The notes beneath the pieces are model-generated. The model saw nothing but the letters and a program-made list of their open reading frames with translations, ran no database searches and had not been told where the DNA came from. A stretch of 64,000 bases of DNA from NCBI GenBank assembly GCA_041175665.1, contig JBEDEM010000003.1:5581-69580 (forward strand). The letters run 5' to 3'. Position 1 is the stretch's first letter; every line of letters begins with the position of its first letter. Below are positions 38,623-46,942 of the stretch, one piece after another. The position numbers and the translations under genes are program-made. Source of the DNA: Pseudomonadota bacterium. Its GTDB lineage: Bacteria; Pseudomonadota; Gammaproteobacteria; Burkholderiales; Burkholderiaceae_E.

Positions 38623-38660
38623 CTTACGACGATTGAGCGAACTTACAACGATTGAGCAAA
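38623..38660. repeat. 19-bp tandem duplication (17/19) spanning the stop codon of the CaiB-family gene
   Basis: cttacgacgattgagcgaa (38623-38641) and cttacaacgattgagcaaa (38642-38660). The second copy encodes the real C-terminus ...FAQSL-stop. Confidence 0.85.
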
Positions 38661-39776
38661 CTCCCGACGGATCGCCTCGCCATGTTGATCGATTGACGGA
38701 GCAGGATCAAATGACCCGTTTTGCCAATCAGCATCAAATGGGGGCGCCATCATGTCAATTTGAGCTTCCCCAAGCGGCATTTTCCAATAACGGGCCTGGG
38801 CATGTTTCGCAACCGCCTCAACACTATTGATCCCACCAAATGCAATATCTGCTTCTTGCAGAGCGTCTTCCATATCACGACGGCTACGCGCCGCAAAACG
38901 CTGTCCAATCAGGGCATCAAGCGCATCACGATGCTTGACGCGGTCAGCGTTTTCTTTAAACCGCGGGTCTTGGGCGAGCGAGGCATCACCCAGTACCTGT
39001 TCACACAAGCGTGCAAACTCCCGATTATTCTGAACTGAAATGAGCAAGATTTCGCCATCGGCACATTCAAAGCCACCATAGGGTGCAATCGAAGGATGCT
39101 TCAATCCCACGCGGGCCGGCGCCTTATCGCTATAAATTTGATGCAGTAGCGGTACGGCCATCCAGTCAAAAGCGCCAGAGAAAAGCGACACATGCAAACG
39201 CGCTCCCTGACCGGTTCGTTCTCTCAAAAACAAGGCTTGCTGGACAGCCGAGAGTGCATACATGCCGGCACCAATATCGCATAGGCTTACGCCAATCCTG
39301 CCATAAGCTTGAGGCGGGCCACTAACTGCAAGCAGGCCAGACTCGCCTTGCACCAAAAAATCATAGGCCTTTAAGTTCGCGCGTTCGCCTTCTCGGCCAT
39401 AACCCGAAATATCGAGGGTAATCAATCGGGGATGCTGTGCGCGCAAAGCTTCAGAACCGATCCCCAGACGCTCGACTGCGCCAGGTGCGAGATTTTGTAT
39501 GAAGACATCGGCGTTTGCGATCATCCGCTTCATCAGCGCCAGATCATCCGCCTGTTTCAAATCAAGCGCGATGGACTCTTTGCCTGTATTGAGCCAAAGA
39601 AAATAAGAGGCATGCCCGTGCACTGCCCGGTCGTAGCCCCGTGCAAAATCACCTTCCGGCCTCTCAACCTTAATCACACGAGCGCCAGCCTGAGCGAGTC
39701 GCGAAGAACAATAAGGCGCAGCGACCGCTTGCTCAAGTGATACAACAGTGATCCCTTCAAATGGCTTTCTCATCAT
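38643..39776 (-). CDS. CaiB/BaiF family (class III) CoA-transferase
   Basis: FEGITVVSLEQAVAAPYCSSRLAQAGARVIKVERPEGDFAR. Its start overlaps the M16 peptidase stop (ATGA). Confidence 0.88.
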   Translation of the reverse strand: MMRKPFEGITVVSLEQAVAAPYCSSRLAQAGARVIKVERPEGDFARGYDRAVHGHASYFLWLNTGKESIALDLKQADDLALMKRMIANADVFIQNLAPGAVERLGIGSEALRAQHPRLITLDISGYGREGERANLKAYDFLVQGESGLLAVSGPPQAYGRIGVSLCDIGAGMYALSAVQQALFLRERTGQGARLHVSLFSGAFDWMAVPLLHQIYSDKAPARVGLKHPSIAPYGGFECADGEILLISVQNNREFARLCEQVLGDASLAQDPRFKENADRVKHRDALDALIGQRFAARSRRDMEDALQEADIAFGGINSVEAVAKHAQARYWKMPLGEAQIDMMAPPFDADWQNGSFDPAPSIDQHGEAIRREFAQSL

Positions 39777-42580
39777 GGGCTCTTCTTTGAAACAAAGTCA
39801 CCTGCTGTGATCGTGATCAGATCGCTCAAACGAACATAACGTCGAAAAGCCTCATTCACTTCTTCGAGCTTGATCGATGCCCTCAAGTCCCGCATCGCTT
39901 GCAAATGGTCCACAGCACGCGAATGCTCCTCGAGCCAGTTTAAGGTCCCAGCAAGCACGGATTCTTGGGCCCAGGCTAAATTGATCTGGGCTTCGAGACC
40001 GTGCTTGGCCTTTTGCAATTCACCTTCTTGAAAACCTTGGCCATTGGCACGCTCAAACTCCTCACGCAAAGCCTGCTGCAACCGATCTAGATTCTGCGGT
40101 GCGAAAATTGCGTAAAACATGATTGAGCTGGCTCTACCCGGCTCCCCACCCGAAAGCGATCCGCCAACACCGTAACTGAGCCCTTCCTTTTCACGAACCC
40201 GGTCCCATAAACGACCTGTGGGTGATCCGCCTCCCGCAAAGATTCGGATAGCCAAACGCAATGCCTGGTAGGCCCTTTGGTCATCAGCAAGCTCAAAGCG
40301 TTGCTGGGCAAGCCAAACCGCATTCTTCTTCTCGGGCGTGTCGATGCGCTGGGTATGCGCCCTGATATCGAGCGCAGGTCGGGGAATACGCTCATAAGCG
40401 ACAAGCGCTGGACGTTTGGCCTGCCATTGCTTCCAAAAATCCGTCCATGCCCGGTTCAAGCGCTCCGATGATACATCGCCGATTAGGCTCACCGACATCG
40501 GCCCTGGACGCACAAAACGATCCCAGAATGCTTTAACGTCCTCAAGACGCAATGACTTAATGCTTTGCAAGCTCTCCTCAAAACTGGGCACATAGCGAGG
40601 GTCGCCCTTTGGATAGCTCGAGAGCTTGGCGGCCATCGAACGGAAGGCGATGGCTTGCGGATCTTGACGCGAAGACTCGATCGAGGCGATGGCAGAGGCT
40701 TTCAACTCCTCAAACTCAGCAGCATCAAAGGCTGGTTCCGTCAAGGCCTTTAGCAGGAGCCCGAGACCATCTTCGAGACGGTCGGCAGGCAGCTTGAGCG
40801 AAACATTCAAGCCTTCTGCTCCGCCTTGCAAACTCCAGGTTGCTTTAAGCGCAGTCATCGCCTCGGCGAAATCTTTTCTGGACTGCCCAACAACACCCCT
40901 GGATAACATGGCAATTGCCATCGAAGCCATATCGGTCTGATTTTGCAGATCTTTCAAATTACCATAGCGAAGACTAGCCTGCAGCACGACCAGATTCGAA
41001 GCGCTCCGCTTGTTTATGCTTTGCAAAACCAAACCCGGCAGCGGCTTTTCGATCTTAAGTCGTGCCTTGATGTTAGAAGGCGAAACATCAAAAGCTTCGC
41101 CCTGTTCACTTGCCCCTCTTGGCGAGAAGCCTGCCATGGCATCGCTCACGGAGGCCTGACGCTGCTCGGGCGATCTCAAGGGCTTTTGCTCGGGCTCGAA
41201 AATACCTAAGCTGCGATTACTTTCGATCCAAAACGCTGCAGCAACCCGATTGACATCTTCGAGTTTTGTTGCAGCAATACGATCTCTTTGTTGAAACAAC
41301 ATACGCCAATCACCAAGCGCAATCGACTCCGATAGGTTGTAGGCTACGCGCTCGGGGTCAGCTAGCATTTGTTCATATTGGGTCAAAAAATGGGCCTTTG
41401 CCGCAACTAGCTCTTTTTCAGTAAAGGGTTCGCGCAGGAGCGACTCCGTCAGATCGAGCAGCGATTGCCTCGCCTTCTCTGTGGACTGATCTGATTTTAA
41501 TTGCAAGGCAAAAATAACATTCGAGGGTTCGGGTGCAGAACGCGCCCATCCCCAAATCCCAGCTGCAAGACCCTTCTTGACAATGCGCTCGCTGATTCGG
41601 TTATTCGGACCGCCCATCATATGGGTGGCGAGTATCATGGCTGGGAAGTCTCGGTGAAGTGCCGATGGCGCATGGTAAGAAAGCACAATCGCAGGCGCCT
41701 CACCGACCCTGCGCAGCTTGAGCTCACGAGCTCCTTCTTGGACAGGCTCAACGGTGTAGGTTGGCTCAAGCAAACGGGTTGGCTTTGCCAAGCCGCCAAA
41801 GGCTTCGTGCACCCATGCAATAACCTTGTCTTGATCGAATGCACCACTCACGAACAAGGCTGCATTGTCGGGCTGATAGTGATGCTGATAAAACCGCTTT
41901 AATCGTTCGATCGATACATTTTCAATGTCAGAACGGGTGCCGATAATTGCTTTGCCATAGTTGTGCCAAGTGTAAGCGGCAGCAAAAACCTGTTGATATA
42001 AAACACCGACAGGATTGTTCTCACCGCGCTCAAATTCATTGCGAACCACTGTCATTTCAGAGTCAAGGTCTTGCTTCCGGATATAAGCGTTGACCAACAC
42101 ATCCCCGAGCCACTGGATCATCCATTGGGTATTTTCATCGCTCCGGGGGAAACTTGCGAAATAATTAGTACGATCCCAGGATGTCGTGCCATTGACGCGA
42201 AAACCACGGCTCGATAATTCAGCGATGCCTGTAGGGAACTTTGGCGAACCCTTAAAAACCAAATGTTCGAGTAAATGCGCCATACCGGTTTCACCATAAC
42301 CCTCATGACGCGACCCAACATTGACTGTCAGATTAATCGTTGTCGAGGCCTTGGTCGCATTGGGATACAGAATCAGCTGCAAACCATTGGGTAATCGGTA
42401 GGACATCATGCCCTCAACCTGATGAATCGGTTGACCCGCCCAGGCTGGCTGTGTTTGAGCAAAAGCACCAGGCGCTGTCACGCCAAGCGTTATTGCCATC
42501 ATGACAAAAGACAGTGTTTGCCCAAAAAGAGTGATCATTCGCCCAAAAAGCTTGGTGAGGAAGCGATCAAGCAGACGCAT
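39773..42580 (-). CDS. M16 family (pitrilysin/insulinase-type) zinc peptidase, double-module 935-aa form, exported
   Basis: Inverted zinc motif HxxEH (GMAHLLEHLVFKG), N-terminal hydrophobic signal, and a second inactive M16-like half. Confidence 0.88.
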   Translation of the reverse strand: MRLLDRFLTKLFGRMITLFGQTLSFVMMAITLGVTAPGAFAQTQPAWAGQPIHQVEGMMSYRLPNGLQLILYPNATKASTTINLTVNVGSRHEGYGETGMAHLLEHLVFKGSPKFPTGIAELSSRGFRVNGTTSWDRTNYFASFPRSDENTQWMIQWLGDVLVNAYIRKQDLDSEMTVVRNEFERGENNPVGVLYQQVFAAAYTWHNYGKAIIGTRSDIENVSIERLKRFYQHHYQPDNAALFVSGAFDQDKVIAWVHEAFGGLAKPTRLLEPTYTVEPVQEGARELKLRRVGEAPAIVLSYHAPSALHRDFPAMILATHMMGGPNNRISERIVKKGLAAGIWGWARSAPEPSNVIFALQLKSDQSTEKARQSLLDLTESLLREPFTEKELVAAKAHFLTQYEQMLADPERVAYNLSESIALGDWRMLFQQRDRIAATKLEDVNRVAAAFWIESNRSLGIFEPEQKPLRSPEQRQASVSDAMAGFSPRGASEQGEAFDVSPSNIKARLKIEKPLPGLVLQSINKRSASNLVVLQASLRYGNLKDLQNQTDMASMAIAMLSRGVVGQSRKDFAEAMTALKATWSLQGGAEGLNVSLKLPADRLEDGLGLLLKALTEPAFDAAEFEELKASAIASIESSRQDPQAIAFRSMAAKLSSYPKGDPRYVPSFEESLQSIKSLRLEDVKAFWDRFVRPGPMSVSLIGDVSSERLNRAWTDFWKQWQAKRPALVAYERIPRPALDIRAHTQRIDTPEKKNAVWLAQQRFELADDQRAYQALRLAIRIFAGGGSPTGRLWDRVREKEGLSYGVGGSLSGGEPGRASSIMFYAIFAPQNLDRLQQALREEFERANGQGFQEGELQKAKHGLEAQINLAWAQESVLAGTLNWLEEHSRAVDHLQAMRDLRASIKLEEVNEAFRRYVRLSDLITITAGDFVSKKSP

Positions 42581-42622
42581 GGATGACCTTTGTACAAAAA
42601 TAAGACTGAAAGGAGCGAGAGC

Positions 42623-44866
42623 TTACCAGTGCGCCTGCACCGCCAAACGCAAGCTGCGTGCTTGAACAGGGAATAGATAAGTACCACCCCAATACTGGGT
42701 GGGCGCCTCACGCCAATCAGCTCTATCGAGAAGATTGTTAACTGCCAGGGTCCAACGCAAGCGCAGTTTCGGCAGGCTCTGCTGCCAAGTTAAAGCGCTA
42801 TCCCACTGCCAGCGTGCAGGAAGTGCTAACGCGACATCGCCCGCCGACTCGGTTGAAAGTAAGACGGGCTTGCGTCCGATGGCGTAGATGCGGTTTTGCC
42901 ACTGCCAATCGGGCTGAGCTAATGGCCAACGGTGCATCAGATGAGCACTCCAGGGCGCAACATTTAGGACCGGTGCGGCTGCTTGGTTGGGGCTTAAGGC
43001 GTCGATCAGCTTGGCTTGGCTGCGTTGCGCAGCAAATTGAAACTGGCCTAAGCTTCGCGTTTTTAGGCTCGCCTGCCATTCAAGTCCTTGGTGCCTTGCA
43101 AGATTGGCGCCACCCACACGTTCGAGGGCAGGGCCTTCGCCGGTCGCGTCCACAGAAATATCAGCAGCACTCGGTCGCTCCATACGAAAGGCCGTGAGCG
43201 CGATCTGCGCTTGAACGCCCGCGGTATCAGACCAAAGTTTGCGCAGGCTTGCCTCCCATTGCTTGCTGCGCTGGGGCGGGAGTAACTGGGCTGCATTGCG
43301 ATAAATACTCGGGCGATTCGGTACCACATCGGTTTCAACACCCTCGGCATAGGATAGGTAAGCGTGCTGAAAGCCGCCGGTTTCATAACTCAAGGCCAGC
43401 AATGGGCTGCTAAAGCTTTGTTCAAACGCCGTCGCTCGCTGGCCGTCACTTCGTGCTGAACGGGCCTCAATCAAGGTGTTGCGCAGCCCAGCCCAAACAA
43501 CCCAAGGCCCAGACCACTGCAAACGGTCCTGAAAAGAAAACTCGCGGGTGGAAAGCCATCGATTACTATTTAAGCTATCGGCGAGTGGGTTTGCGTCGAG
43601 CATGACCGAGGCGAAATAGTTGGTAACGCCGACCCAGTTATAGGCTTGACTTGGCTCAAGTTGCTCGCCCAATCGGGTTTTCTTGAATGCGATTGCCATT
43701 TGATGCTTGGCACCAGCAATGGTTTTCTGTCCCTCCAGACGAAGCTCGTTGGCGCGGCTTAACCTTCGCTCGTTTAGGCTACGGTAGTCATACAAATCGG
43801 CATCGCCATTGGCACAAAACCCCGGATAAAGGTATTCGGCACCCGAGCTGCAACCGTCCGGAAAGGCGATACGGTCATTGGTACGAAGCGCTTGAAACGA
43901 ACTGGCGGCCCGTACTACCCAGTCTGCACCGAGACTCTGACTCCAACGCAAAGCACTCGCCGTTTCCTGACTCTCAAAAGGTGCTGACCAAGCCTGATCA
44001 TTCAAGTTGCGTCGCGGCAATACGGCAGGGAGTAATCGCCCATCGAGAAGGCTCGCACCGGGCACTGAGATTTGTGAATACAAATGGCGCTCGACATCCC
44101 ACGTCAAAAGCCCACCGCCTGGCATTTTCCAATCGATCAAGGCAGAAAGGAACTGCCGATCGCCGGGGGCGCGCTCGACCATGGGTCGCCTCGTCTCAGT
44201 GGCGAGATTCAACCGCACACCAAGAGCGCCAGAAGACCCGAAACGGTCTGAGAGATCCGCCGCAGCGTAGCGGGTACCACGCTCCGACAGGCTAAAAACT
44301 GCACTTCGGATGGCCTCGCTACCGGGCCGTTTGAGCACAAAATCGACCATACCACCCGGTGAGGAACTGCCCGCAAACATGCCCGAAGCACCCTTGAGTA
44401 CAAGCACCGAAGCCTTGTTTTCAAAGGCAACTGGCGCATGCCCGTTAACCGGCATGCCGTCTCGCCGATAGTTGAGCCGAGGATCAATCAGAAAGCCCCG
44501 AATCGCAAAGTTTTCGGGATAGCCCAGTGTGTTGTATGCATCCGAAACTGCCGGATCGCTTCGCAGTACATCCGATAGAGCTTGAAGCCCGAAGGACTTG
44601 AGCGCCTCGGTGTCGATGTTCGTGATCGCAAAAGGCAGGTTTTGCAAAGGGCTCGCAAAGCCTGTCAGCGAGGCGGCTTCGGTCTGAAGGCTGCTGCTGC
44701 GGACTTCGAGTCGCTCTTGCTGAGCCCAGGCATTTGAAAGCGAGCCCAAACATAAGGCATGCACCGCGCAGATCATGCCTATGAATGGAGACTGGCTTTG
44801 TGCTTGCGCGCCTGCTTTCGATAAAACCCGCGATTTCAATGGAGCACGCTGTTTACCTTTATCCAT
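42623..44866 (-). CDS. TonB-dependent outer-membrane receptor
   Basis: Plug-domain motifs (VLKGASGMFAGSSSPGGMVDFV), beta-barrel repeats, and a C-terminal aromatic terminus ...LAVQAHW. ATG at 44866 is preceded by AAGGAA. A TPP riboswitch lies in the 5' leader. Confidence 0.88.
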   Translation of the reverse strand: MDKGKQRAPLKSRVLSKAGAQAQSQSPFIGMICAVHALCLGSLSNAWAQQERLEVRSSSLQTEAASLTGFASPLQNLPFAITNIDTEALKSFGLQALSDVLRSDPAVSDAYNTLGYPENFAIRGFLIDPRLNYRRDGMPVNGHAPVAFENKASVLVLKGASGMFAGSSSPGGMVDFVLKRPGSEAIRSAVFSLSERGTRYAAADLSDRFGSSGALGVRLNLATETRRPMVERAPGDRQFLSALIDWKMPGGGLLTWDVERHLYSQISVPGASLLDGRLLPAVLPRRNLNDQAWSAPFESQETASALRWSQSLGADWVVRAASSFQALRTNDRIAFPDGCSSGAEYLYPGFCANGDADLYDYRSLNERRLSRANELRLEGQKTIAGAKHQMAIAFKKTRLGEQLEPSQAYNWVGVTNYFASVMLDANPLADSLNSNRWLSTREFSFQDRLQWSGPWVVWAGLRNTLIEARSARSDGQRATAFEQSFSSPLLALSYETGGFQHAYLSYAEGVETDVVPNRPSIYRNAAQLLPPQRSKQWEASLRKLWSDTAGVQAQIALTAFRMERPSAADISVDATGEGPALERVGGANLARHQGLEWQASLKTRSLGQFQFAAQRSQAKLIDALSPNQAAAPVLNVAPWSAHLMHRWPLAQPDWQWQNRIYAIGRKPVLLSTESAGDVALALPARWQWDSALTWQQSLPKLRLRWTLAVNNLLDRADWREAPTQYWGGTYLFPVQARSLRLAVQAHW

Positions 44867-44974
44867 GCTTGTCGATTCCTTGTTCGAACCTTCGAACACT
44901 GCAGAGACAAGATAAAAGGCTCGGAATACGGCTCGGATCACAGTTGAGCATGGCTGCAACTGCCTCCGAACACA

Positions 44975-45095
44975 CGCTTCCCTGCGCAAGTCTTAACTCG
45001 ATCAGGTTCGAAGGGTTTTTCTCACCCGTCTGCAAGCAGACGCCCCAAAGCGCGTTAGCGATGTGGCGGTTTTACGGGACCCCTAGCGAAGAGCG
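44975..45095 (-). promoter_or_regulatory. TPP (THI-box) riboswitch aptamer in the leader of the TonB-dependent receptor gene
   Basis: The minus strand reads CGCUCUUCGCUAGGGGUCCCGU...ACGGGUGAGAAAAACCCUUCGAACCUGAUCGAGUUAAGACUUGCGCAGGGAAGCG. It contains the conserved GGGG, UGAGA, ACCCUU-GAACCUGAUC and CAGGGAA blocks with P2 (CCCGU/ACGGG), P5 (CGAGU/ACUUG) and P1 pairing. Confidence 0.85.
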
Positions 45096-45197
45096 AACCC
45101 TAGCACATGACAAAACGAAGTCAGCGCAATGCTTAGGACTCGATTGAGGTTATCGCAAGGCGTTTTGTTCTTCTCAGGTGCCTTTCGACATGGTGAA

Positions 45198-45806
45198 TCA
45201 GTCCAAGCACCGGCGAGCGAGCATTGCTCGCACCATAGTCAAACGTTGCTCAAAGCCGCCTTGAAGCAACTCGACCCTGTCATGGCCAATCGCTGCTTGC
45301 AAAGGTGGGTACTGCTCAATGAGCACGCGGCTAAGTGCACGCTGACCAGGCCCATCGCGCTGCACGCCGTCCGCCTGCCAGGCGATGTCATCAGCGCAGT
45401 GAAAATGGAGCCAGCGAAAACGATAAGTTTCGGCTAAGTCCAGCATCAAGTGCTTGGCCTTGGCAAATAGGCTGGCATCGCCAAAGTACTGCAAGCTGTA
45501 AACAGCAGTCATCCAAGGAGAGGTGTCACAGATCAACACGGGACCGATTGGAGCGCGGTCAAGTCCGCAAAGTGCCTTGTCGATCGCATCGCATTGGGCC
45601 ATCAAGATTGCCTCTTGCTCATCCTGGCGCGGACTGCGCTGATGCTCCCCAACAAATAATCGCAGGGTCTCGGGTACATAACCGAGCTTGAGCGTGTGTG
45701 CCAGAGACTGTGCAAGCTTGGTTTTGCCTGTGCACTCGCCACCAAGCATCGCAATCACACTCACTTGGTGCATCGCGCCCAAGGGCTTTTGCTGCAAAGC
45801 TTGCAT
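45198..45806 (-). CDS. P-loop ATPase/kinase related to the ribosylnicotinamide-kinase domain of NadR
   Basis: Walker A GGECTGKTKLAQ. ICDTSPWMTAVYSLQYFG and DIAWQADGVQRDGPGQR parallel the NadR C-terminal domain blocks. The start is uncertain (ATG 45806 or 45773; the ORF extends to 45932). Confidence 0.7.
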   Translation of the reverse strand: MQALQQKPLGAMHQVSVIAMLGGECTGKTKLAQSLAHTLKLGYVPETLRLFVGEHQRSPRQDEQEAILMAQCDAIDKALCGLDRAPIGPVLICDTSPWMTAVYSLQYFGDASLFAKAKHLMLDLAETYRFRWLHFHCADDIAWQADGVQRDGPGQRALSRVLIEQYPPLQAAIGHDRVELLQGGFEQRLTMVRAMLARRCLD

Positions 45807-45861
45807 GATGGTTGCCTGCCAACCCAATCGCTCAAGAACGCTTGTTGATGGCCGATTTTCA

Positions 45862-46422
45862 TCAGCTTGAGGCTTTATTGATTGCGAGCTGCCGCTGCCA
45901 TTGCCGCAAACCCACCATGGCAAGAAGCGCAAAGAGCAGATACAGACCCGCTGTTGCTTTCAAGCCCTGAAGCCAGAAAAGCCCCACGCCCATCAGGTTT
46001 GCCGCAAGCCAAAACAACCAATGTTCAAGCCTTTGACGCACCATAAGAATCTGGGCTACAAGGCTGAATGCGCCAACAAAAGCGTCAGCAAGCGCAGCAT
46101 GGCCTCCCATGCTGGCGAGCAAACCATAGAGCGCAAGCCAGCATAAACAGGCACAAGACAAAGCGGCTAACCTTGCCCTCACAGGCATGACACCAGGTGA
46201 AAACACTTGTCGGCCCCAGCGCAGCCAACCCCAAACCGCCGCAAGCATAAAAACAAGCTGCAAGGCAGTATCGGCCCATAGCTTTGCCTCGGCAAAAATC
46301 CTGAGGTAAAGCAGGCTAGAAATCAGCCAGAAAACCCAAGTGATGCGTCGACCCAACACACCGAGGCCCACAGCCGTCAAGGCCGTAAAGACAGCGAGCC
46401 ACTCGATCCAATCCTGGCTCAA
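45862..46422 (-). CDS. PnuC-family vitamin transporter (nicotinamide riboside PnuC or thiamine PnuT type)
   Basis: IEWLAVFTALTAVGLGVLGRRITWVFWLISSLLY...WADTALQLVFMLAAVWGWLRW matches the Pnu family pattern; about 6-7 TM helices; 186 aa. Confidence 0.8.
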   Translation of the reverse strand: MSQDWIEWLAVFTALTAVGLGVLGRRITWVFWLISSLLYLRIFAEAKLWADTALQLVFMLAAVWGWLRWGRQVFSPGVMPVRARLAALSCACLCWLALYGLLASMGGHAALADAFVGAFSLVAQILMVRQRLEHWLFWLAANLMGVGLFWLQGLKATAGLYLLFALLAMVGLRQWQRQLAINKASS

Positions 46423-46464
46423 TTCGCGATAACCTCCCTACCAGGGTTTACCTCACCGACCACC

Positions 46465-46860
46465 ATGTTTCAATCACTCACAACCCATTGGACAGCCTGG
46501 CTCAGCCAGGCAAGCTTCGGACAAATCACACTTATTAGTGGATCGATGCTTATTGTTTCCAATGTTTTCATGACCTGGGCATGGTACGGCCATTTAAAGC
46601 ATCTGGCCGACAAACCCTGGTGGTGGGCAGCCTTGATCAGCTGGGGCATTGCTTTGTTTGAATATTTGCTCCAAGTGCCAGCCAATCGCATCGGTTTTGC
46701 CCAACTCAACCTCGGACAGCTCAAAATCATGCAAGAGGTGATCACGCTGGCTGTCTTTTTGCCGTTTTCCATGCTGGTGATGAACCAGCCTTTTAAGCTC
46801 GACTATCTATGGGCTGGGCTTTGCCTGGTGGGCGCGGTTTACTTCATCTTTAGGGCCTAA
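46465..46860 (+). CDS. DMT-like small membrane protein, DUF486 family
   Basis: SNVFMTWAWYGHLK ... FEYLLQVPANRIG ... LKIMQEVITL is the DUF486 signature; 131 aa. Confidence 0.8.
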   Translation: MFQSLTTHWTAWLSQASFGQITLISGSMLIVSNVFMTWAWYGHLKHLADKPWWWAALISWGIALFEYLLQVPANRIGFAQLNLGQLKIMQEVITLAVFLPFSMLVMNQPFKLDYLWAGLCLVGAVYFIFRA

Positions 46861-46942
46861 GCCGGTGCTTGATCTGAGCCCGCGTCAAACGCTCCTCAAG
46901 CCCATGGCTGCGTTTTCCCCGCTTTCGCTTTAGCATTGCCTT

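Noticed and set aside
43687-44295. Long antisense ORFs inside large genes: 43687-44295 in the receptor gene, 53647-54063 in the oxidoreductase gene, 28374-28856 in the DUF2189 gene, 10593-11087 over scoAB, 18075-18584 in the S9 peptidase gene
   Set aside because: They are shadow ORFs opposite genes with strong family signatures. Their compositions are Arg/Ser/Pro/Ala-rich, as is typical of antisense frames in GC-richer DNA, and they have no motifs.
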